From Laetmonice hystrix (Eukaryota), in the NCBI GenBank assembly GCA_965235115.1, contig OZ249437.1, positions 22,072,001 through 22,136,000 on the forward strand: a DNA stretch of 64,000 nt, written 5' to 3'. The position numbers and the translations under genes were made by a program. Of this stretch, positions 1 through 13,000 are shown piece after piece. Positions within the stretch are counted from its first letter, which is position 1, and every line of letters begins with the position of its first letter. The notes below the pieces were generated by a model. That model searched no databases. It saw only the letters and a list, made by a program, of their open reading frames with translations, and was not told where the DNA came from.

Positions 1-34
1 ACTAGGACAGGGAGTATGGATGTGCCTGGCGTAC

Positions 35-415
35 CTTGATTATCTCGTGACATTCCTCCTTGGAGATGAAGCCGTTCTCGTCGATGTCGTACATGTTGAA
101 GGCCCACTCGAGTCGCTGGGTCGGTGAGCCCCGTGCTGTCACACTGAGGGCACACATGAACTCCCGGAAGTCCAACTTGTGGTTCCGGTCCTTGTCAAAG
201 GTCCGAAAGACGTGCTCTGCGAACATGGTGGCGTCTCCGTTGGGGAAGTGTTGGATGTAGATGTCCTTGAACTGGTCAATGTCGAGTTGACCGTCCGGGT
301 GATCCCGGTACCAGGACTGGTACCAGGTGCGGAGTTCTGCCTCCGAGAAGTTGGTCGATTCTAGAAGATTAAACATGGCCTCTGGCCGCAGCTTGCCCGA
401 CGGGTTGTTCCCCAT
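35..415 (-). CDS. Neuronal calcium sensor (neurocalcin/hippocalcin-like EF-hand protein), first coding exon; the gene continues beyond the left edge
   Basis: ORF MGNNPSGKLRPE...FDKDRNHKLDFREF...AFNMYDIDENGFISKEE..EIIK resembles the NCS family: MGxxxS myristoylation motif plus EF2 and EF3 loops. GT donor AAG|GTACGC at 34/33; acceptor ttttttcag upstream at ~438. Confidence 0.9.
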
Positions 416-1664
416 AGTCTAAATGTGCGTCTCCTCTCTGAAAAAATGACGTCAAGACGTCACAATAGATCCCCAACCGCGCATGCTCGTACTCTAGAGA
501 TCCTGCTGGTATTGTGGGAAGTGAAATCGTGTTCCAACAATGCGCTGGTGCATACCGAAGAGATAGAAATGCAGTGAAGAGCCAAGGAAATAGTCCAGCA
601 AAGTAGTTTGCATTTGAACTGTTTCAAGTCGAATTATAGAGACATTTAAATCTTTAAGAAAAATTAAATGAAGTGAAAACAACCTCTGATAATGTACCTA
701 ATTATAATTATTTTGTGAGTAGTAGTTAACTGCTCGTAGGTGTCTATCTTCACCCCCACCCTCCACATGGCGTCATTGCTGTGTAGACTGGTTCACGATC
801 CCGTCGCCAGGTGTCTAGAACCTAGCGACGGGATTGGGAACCAGTCCAGCCATGTGTGGCCATTGCTAGTATTGTGGGGACCTCTATAGTGTGAGGCCGG
901 GAGATACGACCCCCCCCCCCCCCTCCCCCCACCATGCCGCCTGCAGTATTCATGCATGGGTGCATCAAGGGGACTCGCATACACTGGGGGATACAGCATT
1001 TCTCAGATCGAATTTCAACGAGGGGGTGCAGATACATTTTCAGCTATTTTTCTTTTATTGGCTGGGATCCCTGAAGGGGGTTGTTTGCATCATACAGACC
1101 CCGTTTCAATTTTTCAGAGATGACACGAGTTACAAGAAGTTCTGTGTAGAGTCCATATAGGTTATTTATATTAAACATGAATATTTAACATGACCCATGT
1201 ATAGTATTGTTTTATTGTGTAGCAGTTCGGTGGCACACGCTATCATAAGGTCAGCTCTCCGTGATTTTTTTATATCTAGGTTCTCGGTCTATGCGCGGTT
1301 CGACAAATGTAACGATGCCAGAACTAGAGAGAGAGAGAGGACCCAGTGTTATGTATGCCTGTAACATCTATACTCCGGCTACAACCTGTTCAATGGGAGC
1401 ATGCTCCGTTATGTTGATATCATCAGGGATTTTTGTTGTTGTTACCGTTATTAAAACGACATGATAATATTTTCACTTACCTTCCTTGTCCGAGACTGTC
1501 ACTTCTCCTGACCGCGGGCCTGTCTTGTATTTGGTTCGAGGTGTAGGGCCTACTCACACCCCCAGGTTTCGAGGGTCAGTCTATCGTTATCGCCGACACT
1601 AGGTGACGCGCCACAACCCGGTCATTCCCCGTGGCAGCGTTCCACAAATTTGGAGGCCAGGGAT

Positions 1665-2372
1665 ATGGTTGTGGGCACGGCTCAGGGTAGGGTTGTGGGC
1701 ACGGCTCAGGGTAGGGTTGTGGGCACGGCTCAGGGTATGGTTGTGAGCACGGCTCAGGGTATAGGGTTGTGGGCACGGCTCAGGGTAGGGTTGTGGGCAC
1801 GGCTCAGGGTATGGTTGTGGGCACGGCTCAGGGTATAGGGTTGTGGGCACGGCTCAGGGTAGGGTTGTGGGCACGGCTCAGTGTAGGGTTGTGGGCACGG
1901 CTCACGGTAGGGTTGTGGGCACGGCTCATGGTATGGTTGTGGGCACGGCTCAGGGTATGGTTGTGAGCACGGCTCAGGGTATAGGGTTGTGGGCACGGCT
2001 CAGGGTAGGACTGTGGGCACGGCTCAGGGTAGGGTTGTGGGCACGGCTCAGGGTATAGGGTTGTGGGCACGGCTCAGGGTAGGACTGTGGGCACGGCTCA
2101 GGGTAGGGTTGTGGGCACGGCTCAGGGTAGGGTTGTGGGCACGGCTCAGGGTAGGGTTGTGGGCACGGCTCAGGGTATGGTTGTGGGCACGGCTCAGGGT
2201 ATGGTTGTGGGCACGGCTCACGGTAGGGTTGTGGGCACGGCTCAGGGTAGGGTTGTGGGCACGGCTCAGGGTAGGGTTGTGGGCACGGCTCAGGGCAGGG
2301 TTGTGGGCACGGCTCAGGGCAGGGTTGTGGGCACGGCTCAGGGCAGGGTTGTGAGCACGGCTCAGGGTAGGG
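1665..2372. repeat. 24/26-bp minisatellite (GGGTTGTGGGCACGGCTCAGGGTA)
   Basis: About 29 near-identical units. Confidence 0.95.
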
Positions 2373-3141
2373 GCAAGTTTCGACGAGAGGACGTGGGGCC
2401 GAGGTTAGAGGGGTTAGCGAAGGTTTGGGGTTAGAAATATTAATTCGATTGTTTGGTTCTGCTACTGAAATTCACGGAATGCTACCATGGGTGACCGTTA
2501 TCATACCTTATCTTGCAGGCACAGGCCTGTATCAGAGGATGTATAGGTCACTACTTACCGTAAATAATTTACAACCATTTGCAAGTAATGTACGTAATTT
2601 ATATGCCTTCACATTTTTGTTATTATTAATCATCTTTACCCATGAAGAAAGAACTTAGAAAGAACTTGGCATATTTAGGCTAATTAGGACATTATCTTCC
2701 CTTGTAATTACCGGTTACCTGTAGCCGTCCGAACTGAATTTATGCAGGTCTGATGGGCATATAGGGGCCGATTGGGCGACTCGTGAAATCTTGTTCCGCA
2801 TGGTGGCAGCACCGTCGTACCGGTCCTCGCTCCAGTAACGTAAGATTCGACAGGACGACGAAATGTCAAGCTGGGTCCGGATGCGTGACAACTTTTTGTT
2901 ATGGAAAATGACAGTGGCAGATGCACCCTAACAAATTGTCTTCTGCTTGTCCATGGAGGCTGCATCCTCCGCCCCTTGACGGAAGAGAGCCTTCAAAAGT
3001 GTTTTTTCTAGAATTTTGGGAAATGTCGGGTAATTTTGTAGGAAAACTCTGAACGTGCATAGAATATCTACGATCTACAATAAGACCCCTTGGTACGAGG
3101 GTGCATCGGTGACACACGCAAACACTTTCAGTTTTCCAAAT

Positions 3142-3454
3142 GTGATACTTTATTACCAGCGATTTTTAAAAGTACCACCATACACATAAATACTTTTACA
3201 TATGTGATACTTTGTTACTGGCAGTTTTCAAAAGTACTACCATACATATAAACACGTTCACATATATGTGGTACTTTGTTAGGCCTACTAGCAGTTTTTA
3301 TGAAGTAACAAAATAAAACATAGGCCTATGTGAAAGTATTTATGTGTATGGTGGTACTTTTAAAAACTTAACAAAATGTTTATGTGTATGGTGGTACTTT
3401 TAAAAACTGCCAGTAACAAAGTATCACTTATGTGTGTGGTGGTACTTTTAAAAA
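3142..3454. repeat. AT-rich foldback of tandem ~60-bp units in inverted orientation
   Basis: TTTTTAAAAGTACCACCATACACATAAATAC in the left arm; GTATTTATGTGTATGGTGGTACTTTTAAAAA in the right arm. Confidence 0.7.
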
Positions 3455-3640
3455 GGCGGAGGGATGTGAAAGTACCGACTTTGAGATCATACTCAGCCCA
3501 GGCGGCCTCAGCCAAAAAGTGACCTCCACGCCCCAGTGCCCCCTACCGCCAGTGGTACAACGACAACCCGGTGCAAACTTTGACCTCAACCCAGATGGAA
3601 ACTAGGCCTAGCTTCCTCGTGCGGCTGGGTCTCGTGCTGT

Positions 3641-4095
3641 ATGGATCCAAGCACAGGCACAGAGACAGACTCAGGAGTTGGTGAGTGTTTCTGAGTCTCC
3701 TGGCCTAGTGCTGTATGGATCCATGCACAGGCCCAGAGACAGACTCAGTAGTTGGTGAGTGTTTCTGAGTCTCCTGGCCTAGTGCTGTATGGATCCATGC
3801 ACAGGCACAGAGACAGACTCAGTAGTTGGTGAGTGTTTCTGAGTCTCCTGGCCTAGTGCTGTATGGATCCATGCACAGGCACAGAGACAGACTCAGGAGT
3901 TGGTGAGTGTTTCTGAGTCTCCTGGCCTAGTGCTGTATGGATCCATGCACAGGCCCAGAGACAGACTCAGTAGTTGGTGAGTGTTTCTGAGTCTCCTGGC
4001 CTAGTGCCGTATGGATCAATGCACAGGCACAGAGACAGACTCAGTAGTTGGTGAGTGTTTCTGAGTCTCCTGGCCTAGTGCTGTATGGATCCATG
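3641..4095 (+). repeat. 74-bp minisatellite containing the ENPP start codon and first donor
   Basis: ATGGATC at 3641, 3715, 3789, 3863, 3937, 4011, 4085; each full unit has GTTG|GTGAGT. Confidence 0.95.
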
Positions 4096-7000
4096 AGTGT
4101 TTCTGGGTCTCGTGATCCAGTGATGTATGACACACTCAGTTGTTCTGGGTCTTGTGATCCAGTACTGTATGGCTCCACAGGCGCAGAGATACACTCAATA
4201 GTTGCTGGCGCGTGATGGTAGAGCGCTCTGTGAAGTCAAAGATTTGCTCAGGTGGTGAATGGGACAAACCGTGTGGTGTCCAGATTTCCTGATATAACAT
4301 AATTCCACAGAAAACGATCCGACAGGCAGAAACATAGTCTACCGAACCTTCGACATGGAGTCTACGAATCTTCTGGTGCGTATCAATTGTCAACTCTCCC
4401 GCACTGAGCGGGTGACACTCGCATTCAGCCTGTGGCAGGGCTGTCAACTCTCCCGCACTGAGCGGGTGACACCCGCATTCAGCCTGTAGCAGGGCTGTCA
4501 ACTCTCCCGCACTGAGCGGCTGACACCCGCATTCAGCCTGTGGCAGGGCTGTCAACTCTCCCGCACTGAGCGGCTGACACCCGCATTCAGCCTGTGGCAG
4601 GGCCATCAACTCTCCCGCACTGAGCGGGTGACACCCGCATTCAGCCTGTGGCAGGGCTGTCAACTCTCCCGCACTGAGCGGGTGACACCCGCATTCAGCC
4701 TGTGGCAGGGCTGTCAACTCTCCCGCACTGAGCGGGTGACACCCGCATTCAGCCTGTGGCAGGGCTGTCAACTCTCCCGCACTGAGCGGGTGACACCCGC
4801 ATTCAGCCTGTGGCAGGGCTGTCAACTCTCCCGCACTGAGCGGGTGACACCCGCATTCAGCACTAATCTCCCACCTGATGCGCTCACAAAATCTCCCGCA
4901 GAGTGAGCATGGAACCATAGACCTTATTTTGTGCTCCAAAATACACCAAATGTCGCCAAAATACACCGTAAATTTCACAATTTCCCGGGGAATGCCCCCA
5001 GACCCCCAAGCTATAGGCTTCATGCCTTCGATGCTCACGGCCTTTGGTTGCGCCTGCGCGCTCATGCACTGGCGGACCACATGTATAGGGGATGGGGCTA
5101 GGTGAGTGGGTGTCGCCCGCATTCGTGTTGACAGCCCTGTAGTAGGCCTACCATCACTGACAATTTCATAACACATAGGCCTATATAATAATAAAGATAT
5201 ATATATAATATATATGTACTCTATAACATATATTCAGGGGCCGACCCAGGTGATCTTGGGGGGGGGGGGGGGGTTAGGCGGGGCTAACGATCGGGCACGT
5301 AAAGCACCCAGCCATCGATACTTGGGCTCTCCGTGCTATTTAGGTCTAGCCTATTATATAACATTTTAGGGGTGGCCTCCCCCCCCCCCCCGCCCCCGGA
5401 TCCGCCAATGACATTGGACTTGGAAGTATATGCGTGCGGTCATTGGTGCCATTATAGGACCCCCGCTGTAGCTCACTAAGCGCTCCCGTGAGGTGACATG
5501 GGAAGATAAATAAGCAAAGGAAATTTCCCTACACGTGAACCCGCTGTTAAAGGAAACCACATAAATCATCGAAGTATAACTAATGTCGGCATTCTGCCAG
5601 TTATCTCAAGACCAACAACTGAGATTCAATTTAAATACTTCACATTCCTGTTGAACTGTTATATGTTTTGTGATCATGGGGAGGGCGGGGGGCCTTGGTG
5701 TTTTGACGGTGCCGTGTCAGACAGGGGCTATAGCCGTGTCAAGGTAAGCGCGGGTGCATGAGGGACGATCATTGTGCCTGCAGCTGGCCTGGGGAGCGGC
5801 AGGTGATCGTACAGGTGTTGTCTGGGTGTGGAGGATCTCCGGGTCTTTACGAATGTTTCCCGGGTGTGTAGGACCGACCCCGGGAGTAGGATCGACCCCA
5901 GGTGTGTAGGAGCGACCCCGGGTGTGTAGGATCAACTCCGGGTGTGTAGGATCGACCCCGGGTGTGTAGGGCCGACCCCGGGCGTGTAGGACCGACCCCG
6001 GGCGTGTAGGATCAACTCCGGGTGTGTAGGACTGACCCCGGGCGTGTAGGACCGACCCCGGGTGTGTATCGAAGTGATGAGGGCCGACTGAAGGATGGAG
6101 GTAGACCGACAGCTCGAGGCGGAACCCCTAGAACCAGAGGCCTTGCCGCCATGGGTCTGTATGTCACATAATGTGAGAGGTATAACATCTAGAAAAAAAT
6201 CTGGTTGTCAGAACTAAAAATCTAGTAGGCCTAGCTGTTCTGTCCCCAAAGTTACTCCTAACCTCGGTCCCCAAACTTACCCCTAATCTCGGTCCCCAAA
6301 CCTTTCCCTAACGTCTAACGCATAAATTCCAAGTCATGCCACCCCCCTTTTTGAAAAGTGTCGTACGGGAAGGGATATGTGGCTGCATGCGTGCACCCGT
6401 GCGCCCCCCCCCCCCACACACACACCGGTGATTCCGTACGTGTGAGTCAATGAATCCTACACCTGAAGCCAACTGACAAAAACTCTCATCAGAGTTGGTA
6501 TACTAGACCTATTTGTGGACAGAGACATGATTTTAATGGCGGCAGACTTGTGCCTCCGCCCCCCTGTCCAAGTGGGTTGACTTTGATGGACGGAACCTCA
6601 TGTCCTCAGATCTATTGTGTAGAGTGTAAATACGGGCTTACTATATCGGCGGGAATTGACCTAGAAATATGTCATTGAGAGGTCAAACGGGAGGAAGACG
6701 CGATCAAAGTCGGTCAAGGTGTCACTGTCGCCTCCCCAGACGGATCCTCTTTCTTGCAGTATATAAATCCAAGGTTTTTATTTGGTACATTGCACCAAAC
6801 TTATTGCGATTGTGAAACTCCTCAACCAGAAACACAGTGTGGTGTTTGAGAGCGTGGAGCGCCTACCGATAGGCTTTCTATAGGAGGCCATATTGAACAC
6901 AATGGCCCCTTTTTCTTATTTTTGAATCTCTCGGTGAAGTTCATTCTTCATGCCCCAAGAGGAATATATTCTGCTCTCAGGCACGGAGAAAATGCAAAAA

Positions 7001-10000
7001 ATGTGGAAGGTCTGATACAGTTTCTTGTCAGAAACGTGATACTTATCAAAGCAATGTTTGTTAGAGTTTTTAAAATCACATCAAAGCAGTGATCAGGGGC
7101 GCCGGAAGCAAATTATTATTGGGGGGGCAAGAGAGCTGAAGCGAAAGTCATAGGCTACAACATGCTTAGTAAAGCAGGATCGGAGGCCCTCCCCAAGAAA
7201 ATTTTAAAACCTACACACCTTAAAACGCTTTTCTACGCCATTTTGAGGCAGGATTTTTTATGTTTTGAAGGCGTAAATGAATAAATTACAATGTATCAAT
7301 GTATCATTAGGACAATCGACCCAGTCTTTGACGCACCCAAGTCATGGTTTCACCAGGCCTACTGCATGTGGAAAAACCTGCCTTTTTTTCATTCATGATC
7401 ACAGATTATTAGGGGGGGCGATGCCCCCCCCCCAACTAGATTATTGAGGGGGCGGTCGCCCCCCTGCCCCCCCCCCCGCTTCTGGCGCCTATGGCAGTGA
7501 TGCAGATATTCCATGGTTGAAGTGTTGCACCAACGGTTGTTAGTGATGCAGATATTCCATGGTTAAAGTGTTGAACCAACGGTTGTTAGTGATGCAGATA
7601 TTCCATGGTTAAAGTGTTGCACCAACGGTTGTTAGTGATGCAGATATTCCATGGTTAAAGTGTTGCACCAACGGTTGTTAGTGATGCAGATATTCCATGG
7701 TTAAAGTGTTGAACCAACGGTTGTTAGTGATGGAGATATTCCATGGTTAAAGTGTTGCACCAACGGTTGTTAGTGATGCAGATATTCCATGGTTAAAGTG
7801 TTGCACCAACGGTTGTTAATGATGCAGATATTCCATGGTTAAAGTGTTGCACCAACGGTTGTTAGTGATGCAGATATTCTAGGGTTAAAAATCAGACTGG
7901 GGTTTATTTTAAGGGAGTTCAATCATTCTATTTCGTGTGCAATACTTGTTGACCGGTATCCTGACTCTGACAGTAAGAAAAAGGGAGACATAGGTCAGCC
8001 ATATTGACAGCTAACAGCTCAATTCACTTGAATATTTTTTGGACTGTTTCAGGGCTACAAGAAACCGTCAGTATGTTCAACAAAACGAATCATTATCGCC
8101 GTCGTGATCATCGCAGTAAGTACCTTTTGTTATTATGATATGTACCGTTTATATAAACGTTGGGTACCATGTCTGCTGTAGCAGTGCATGGGTTGACTGA
8201 CTGACGTTGGGTTTACCATGTCTGCTGTAGCAGTGCATGGATTGACTGACTGACGTTAGGTTTACCATGTCTGCTGTAGCAGTGCATGGGTTGACTGACT
8301 GACGTTGGGTACCATGTCTGCTGTAGCAGTGCATGGATTGACTGACTGACGTTGGGTTTACCATGTCTGCTGTAGCAGTGCATGGATTGACTGACTGACG
8401 TTAGGTTTACCATGTCTGCTGTAGCAGTGCATGGGTTGACTGACTGACGTTGGGTACCATGTCTGCTGTAGCAGTGCATGGATTGACTGGCTGACGTTAG
8501 GTTTACCATGTCTGCTGTAGCAGTGCATGGATTGACTGACTGACGTTGGGTACCATGTCTGCTGTAGCAGTGCATGGATTGACTGACTGACGTTAGGTTT
8601 ACCATGTCTGCTGTAGCAGTGCATGGGTTGACTGACTGACGTTGGGTACCATGTCTGCTGTAGCAGTGCATGGATTGACTGGCTGACGTTAGGTTTACCA
8701 TGTCTGCTGTAGCAGTGCATGGATTGACTGACTGACGTTGGGTACCATGTCTGCTGTAGCAGTGTATGGATTGACTGACTGACGTTGGGTTTACCATGTC
8801 TGCTGTAGCAGTGTATGGATTGACTGACTGACAATGGGTACCATGTCTGCTGTAGCAGTGCATGGATTGACTGACTGACGTTGGGTTTACCATGTCTGCT
8901 GTAGCAGTGCATGGATTGACTGACTGACGTTGGGTTTACCATGTCTGCTGTAGCAGTGCATGGATTGACTGGCTGACGTTGGGTTTACCATGTCTACTGT
9001 AGCAGTGCATGGATTGACTGACTGACGTTGGGTTTACCATGTCTGCTGTAGCAGTGCATGGCTTGACTGACTGACGTTGGGTTTACCATGTCTACTGTAG
9101 CAGTGCATGGATTGATTGACTGACGTTGGGTACCATGTCTGCTGTAGCAGTGCATGGATTGACTGACTGACGTTGGGTTTACCATGTCTGCTGTAGCAGT
9201 GCATGGATTGACTGACTGACGTTGGGTTTACCATGCCTGCTGTAGCAGTGCATGGATTGACTGACTGACGTTGGGTTTACCATGTCTGCTGTAGCAGTGC
9301 ATGGATTGACTGGCTGACGTTGGGTTTACCATGCCTGCTGTAGCAGTGCATGGATTAACTGACTGACGTTGGGTTTACCATGTCTGCTGTAGCAGTGCAT
9401 GGATTGACTGGCTGACGTTGGGTTTACCATGCCTGCTGTAGCAGTGCATGGATTAACTGACTGACGTTGGGTTTACCATGTCTGCTGTAGCAGTGCATGG
9501 CTTGACTGACTGACGTTGGGTTTACCATGTCTACTGTAGCAGTGCATGGATTGACTGACTGACGTTGGGTTAACCATGTCTGCTGTAGCAGTGCATGGAT
9601 TGATTGACTGACGTTGGGTTTACCATGTCTGCTGTAGCAGTGCACGGATTGACTTGGTGACGTTGGATTTTGTCTTGTAGCAGAGATTGATTTACCAGTA
9701 CATTGAATGATTAGCTGACTGTGGTCTTGTCCCTGCAGGTGGTGATCCTGATCCTCGGACTCGCACTGGGATTAGGTTTAAAGAAATCGCCACCAGTTAA
9801 CACGGAAGGCTGTAAACCGTTCCCCAAATCAGAACCAACGAGGGCCAGAACGAAAGGGGAGACCTGGCTCAAACAAGACTGCAGCATTGGCGACAAACCA
9901 GAATGTCCTGCGGGGTTCGTAGGTTACTTATAGTTGTACATATCTCTATCAGAGAGTCATCAGGTCGTTGTAATCGATTATACATATCTCTATCAGAGAG

Positions 10001-13000
10001 TCATCAGGTCGTTCTAATCGATTATACATATCTCTATCAGAGAGTCATCAAGTCGTTCTAATCGATTATAGTGGCATCTTGTCAAAACTTAGCTGTGGCG
10101 TGTCAAATCTAAAGTGTTCCCCAATCATATTAGGGTGGTCTAAATGAGATCCATCCCCAATCATATTAGGGTGGTCTAAATGAGATCCATCCCCAATCAT
10201 ATTAGGGTGGTCTAAATGAGACCCATCCCCAATCATATTAGGATGGTCTAAATGAGATCCATCCCCAATCATATTAGGGTGGTCTAAATGAGATCCATCC
10301 CCAATCATATTAGGATGGTCTAAATGAGATCCATCCCCAATCAAATTGGGTTTGTCTTAATAAGTTCCACCCCAATTAGAATGAGATGGTGACCTGAGTG
10401 TTATATTGTGAACCTAGTTGTATGATCAGTACGTGTGCATGTTTCAGATATTCAAAGCCACCGTTACTGATCATATCGATGGATGGGTTTCGTGCTAACT
10501 ACATGGACCGTAACCTGACCCCTGTTTTAGAGAAGATCGCCGAGTGCGGAGTTCATCCTGAGTACATGAGGCCAGCGTTTCCCAGCAAAACCTTCCCTAA
10601 TCATTACAGCATCGTCACGGTAATTAATTGATATATCCCTAATCGTTACAGCATCGTCACGGTAATTAATTGATATATCCCTAATCGTTACAGCATCGTC
10701 ACGGTAATTAATTGATATATCCCTAATCGTTACAGCATCGTCACGGTAATTAATTGATATATCCCTAATCGTTACAGCATCGTCACGGTAATTAATTGAT
10801 ATATCCCTAATCGTTACAGCATCGTCACGGTAATTAATTGATATATTCCTAATCGTTACAGCATCGTCACGGTAATTAATTGATATATCCCTAATCGTTA
10901 CAGCATCGTCACGGTAATTAATTGATATATTCCTAATCGTTACAGCATCGTCAAGGTAATTAATTGATATATCCCTAATCGTTACAGCATCGTCACGGTA
11001 ATTAATTGATATATTCCTAATCGTTACAGCAGCGTCATATTGACAACTCGATGTTTGTCTCTGCAAGGTTTGTCTCATTGACAACTCGATGTTTGTCTCT
11101 GCAAGGTTTGTCTCATTGACAACTCGATGTTTGTCTCTGCAAGGTTTGTCTCATTGACAACATGATGTTTGTCTATGCAGGGGTTGTCTCATTAACAACA
11201 TGATGTTTGTCTATGCAGGGGTTGTCTCATTGACAACATGATGTTTGTCTATGCAGGGGTTGTCTCATTGACAACATGATGTTTGTCTATGCTGGGGTTG
11301 TCTCATTGACAACATGATGTTTGTCTATGCAGGGGTTGTCTCATTGACAACATGATGTTTGTCTATGCAGGGGTTGTCTCATTGACAACATGATGTTTGT
11401 CTATGCAGGGGTTGTCTCATTGACAACATGATGTTTGTCTATGCAGGGGTTGTCTCATTGACAACATGATGTTTGTCTATGCAGGGGTTGTCTCATTGAC
11501 AACATGATGTTTGTCTATGCAGGGTTTGTCTCATTGACAACATGATGTTTGTCTATGCAGGGGTTGTCTCATTGACAACATGATGTTTGTCTATGCAGGG
11601 GTTGTCTCATTGACAACATGATGTTTGTCTATGCAGGGGTTGTCTCATTGACAACATGATGTTTGTCTATGCATGGGGTTGTCTCATTGACAACATGATG
11701 TTTGTCTATGCAGGGGTTGTCTCATTGACAACATGATGTTTGTCTATGCAGGGGTTGTCTCTTTGACAACATGATGTTTGTCTATGCAGGGGTTGTTTCA
11801 TTGACAACATGATGTTTGTCTATGCAGGGGTTGTCTCATTGACAACATGATGTTTGTCTCTGCAAGGTTTGTATCATTGACAACATGATGTTTGTCTATG
11901 CAGGGGTTGTCTCATTGACAACATGATGTTTGTCTATGCAGGGGTTGTCTCATTGACAACATGATGTTTGTCTATGCAGGGGTTGTCTTATTGACAACAT
12001 GATGTTTGTCTATGCAGGGGTTGTCTCATTGACAACATGATGTTTGTCTATGCAGGGGTTGTCTCATTGACAACATGATGTTTGTCTATGCAGGGGTTGT
12101 CTCATTGACAACATGATGTTTGTCTATGCAGGGGTTGTCTCATTGACAACATGATGTTTGTCTATGCAGGGGTTGTCTCATTGACAACATGATGTTTGTC
12201 TATGCAGGGATTGTCTCATTGACAACATGATGTTTGTCTATGCAGGGGTTGTCTCATTGACAACATGATGTTTGTCTATGCAGGGGTTGTCTCATTGACA
12301 ACATGATGTTTGTCTATGCTGGGGTTGTCTCATTGACAACATGATGTTTGTCTATGCTGGGGTTGTCTCATTGACAACATGATGTTTGTCTATGCAGGGA
12401 TTGTCTCATTGACAACATGATGTTTGTCTATGCAGGGGTTGTCTCATTGACAACATGATGTTTGTCTATGCAGGGGTTGTCTCATTGACAACATGATGTT
12501 TGTCTATGCAGGGGTTGTCTCATTGACAACATGATGTTTGTCTATGCAGGGATTGTCTCATTGACAACATGATGTTTGTCTATGCAGGGGTTGTCTCATT
12601 GACAACATGATGTTTGTCTATGCAGGGGTTGTCTCATTGACAACATGATGTTTGTCTATGCAGGGGTTGTCTCATTGACAACATGATGTTTGTCTCTGCA
12701 AGGTTTGTCTCATTGACAACATGATGTTTGTCTATGCAGGGGTTCTCTCATTGACAACATGATGTTTGTCTATGCAGGGTTTGTATCCCGTATCACACAA
12801 TCTCAGTGACAACATGATGTTTGTCTATGCAGGGGTTGTATCCCGAATCGCACGGTATCATTGACAACTTAATGTACGACATGGAGATCGACGAAGTGTT
12901 CACATTGGGTGGAGATTCCAAGTTTGATCCCCGCTGGTGGCACGGTGAACCGGTGAGTATCTAAGTTTGATGCCCGCTGGTGGCACGGTGAACCGGTGAG

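Noticed and set aside
4136-5176. 346-aa minus-strand ORF with Cys-rich [10 protein letters not shown] repeats
   Set aside because: Openness comes from a stop-free 54-bp minisatellite; the flanks show no recognisable domain and it lies antisense in an ENPP intron.
11041-12840. CRISPR-like regularity of 30-46-bp repeats here and elsewhere
   Set aside because: Units are head-to-tail with no unique spacers, there are no cas genes, and the context is eukaryotic introns.
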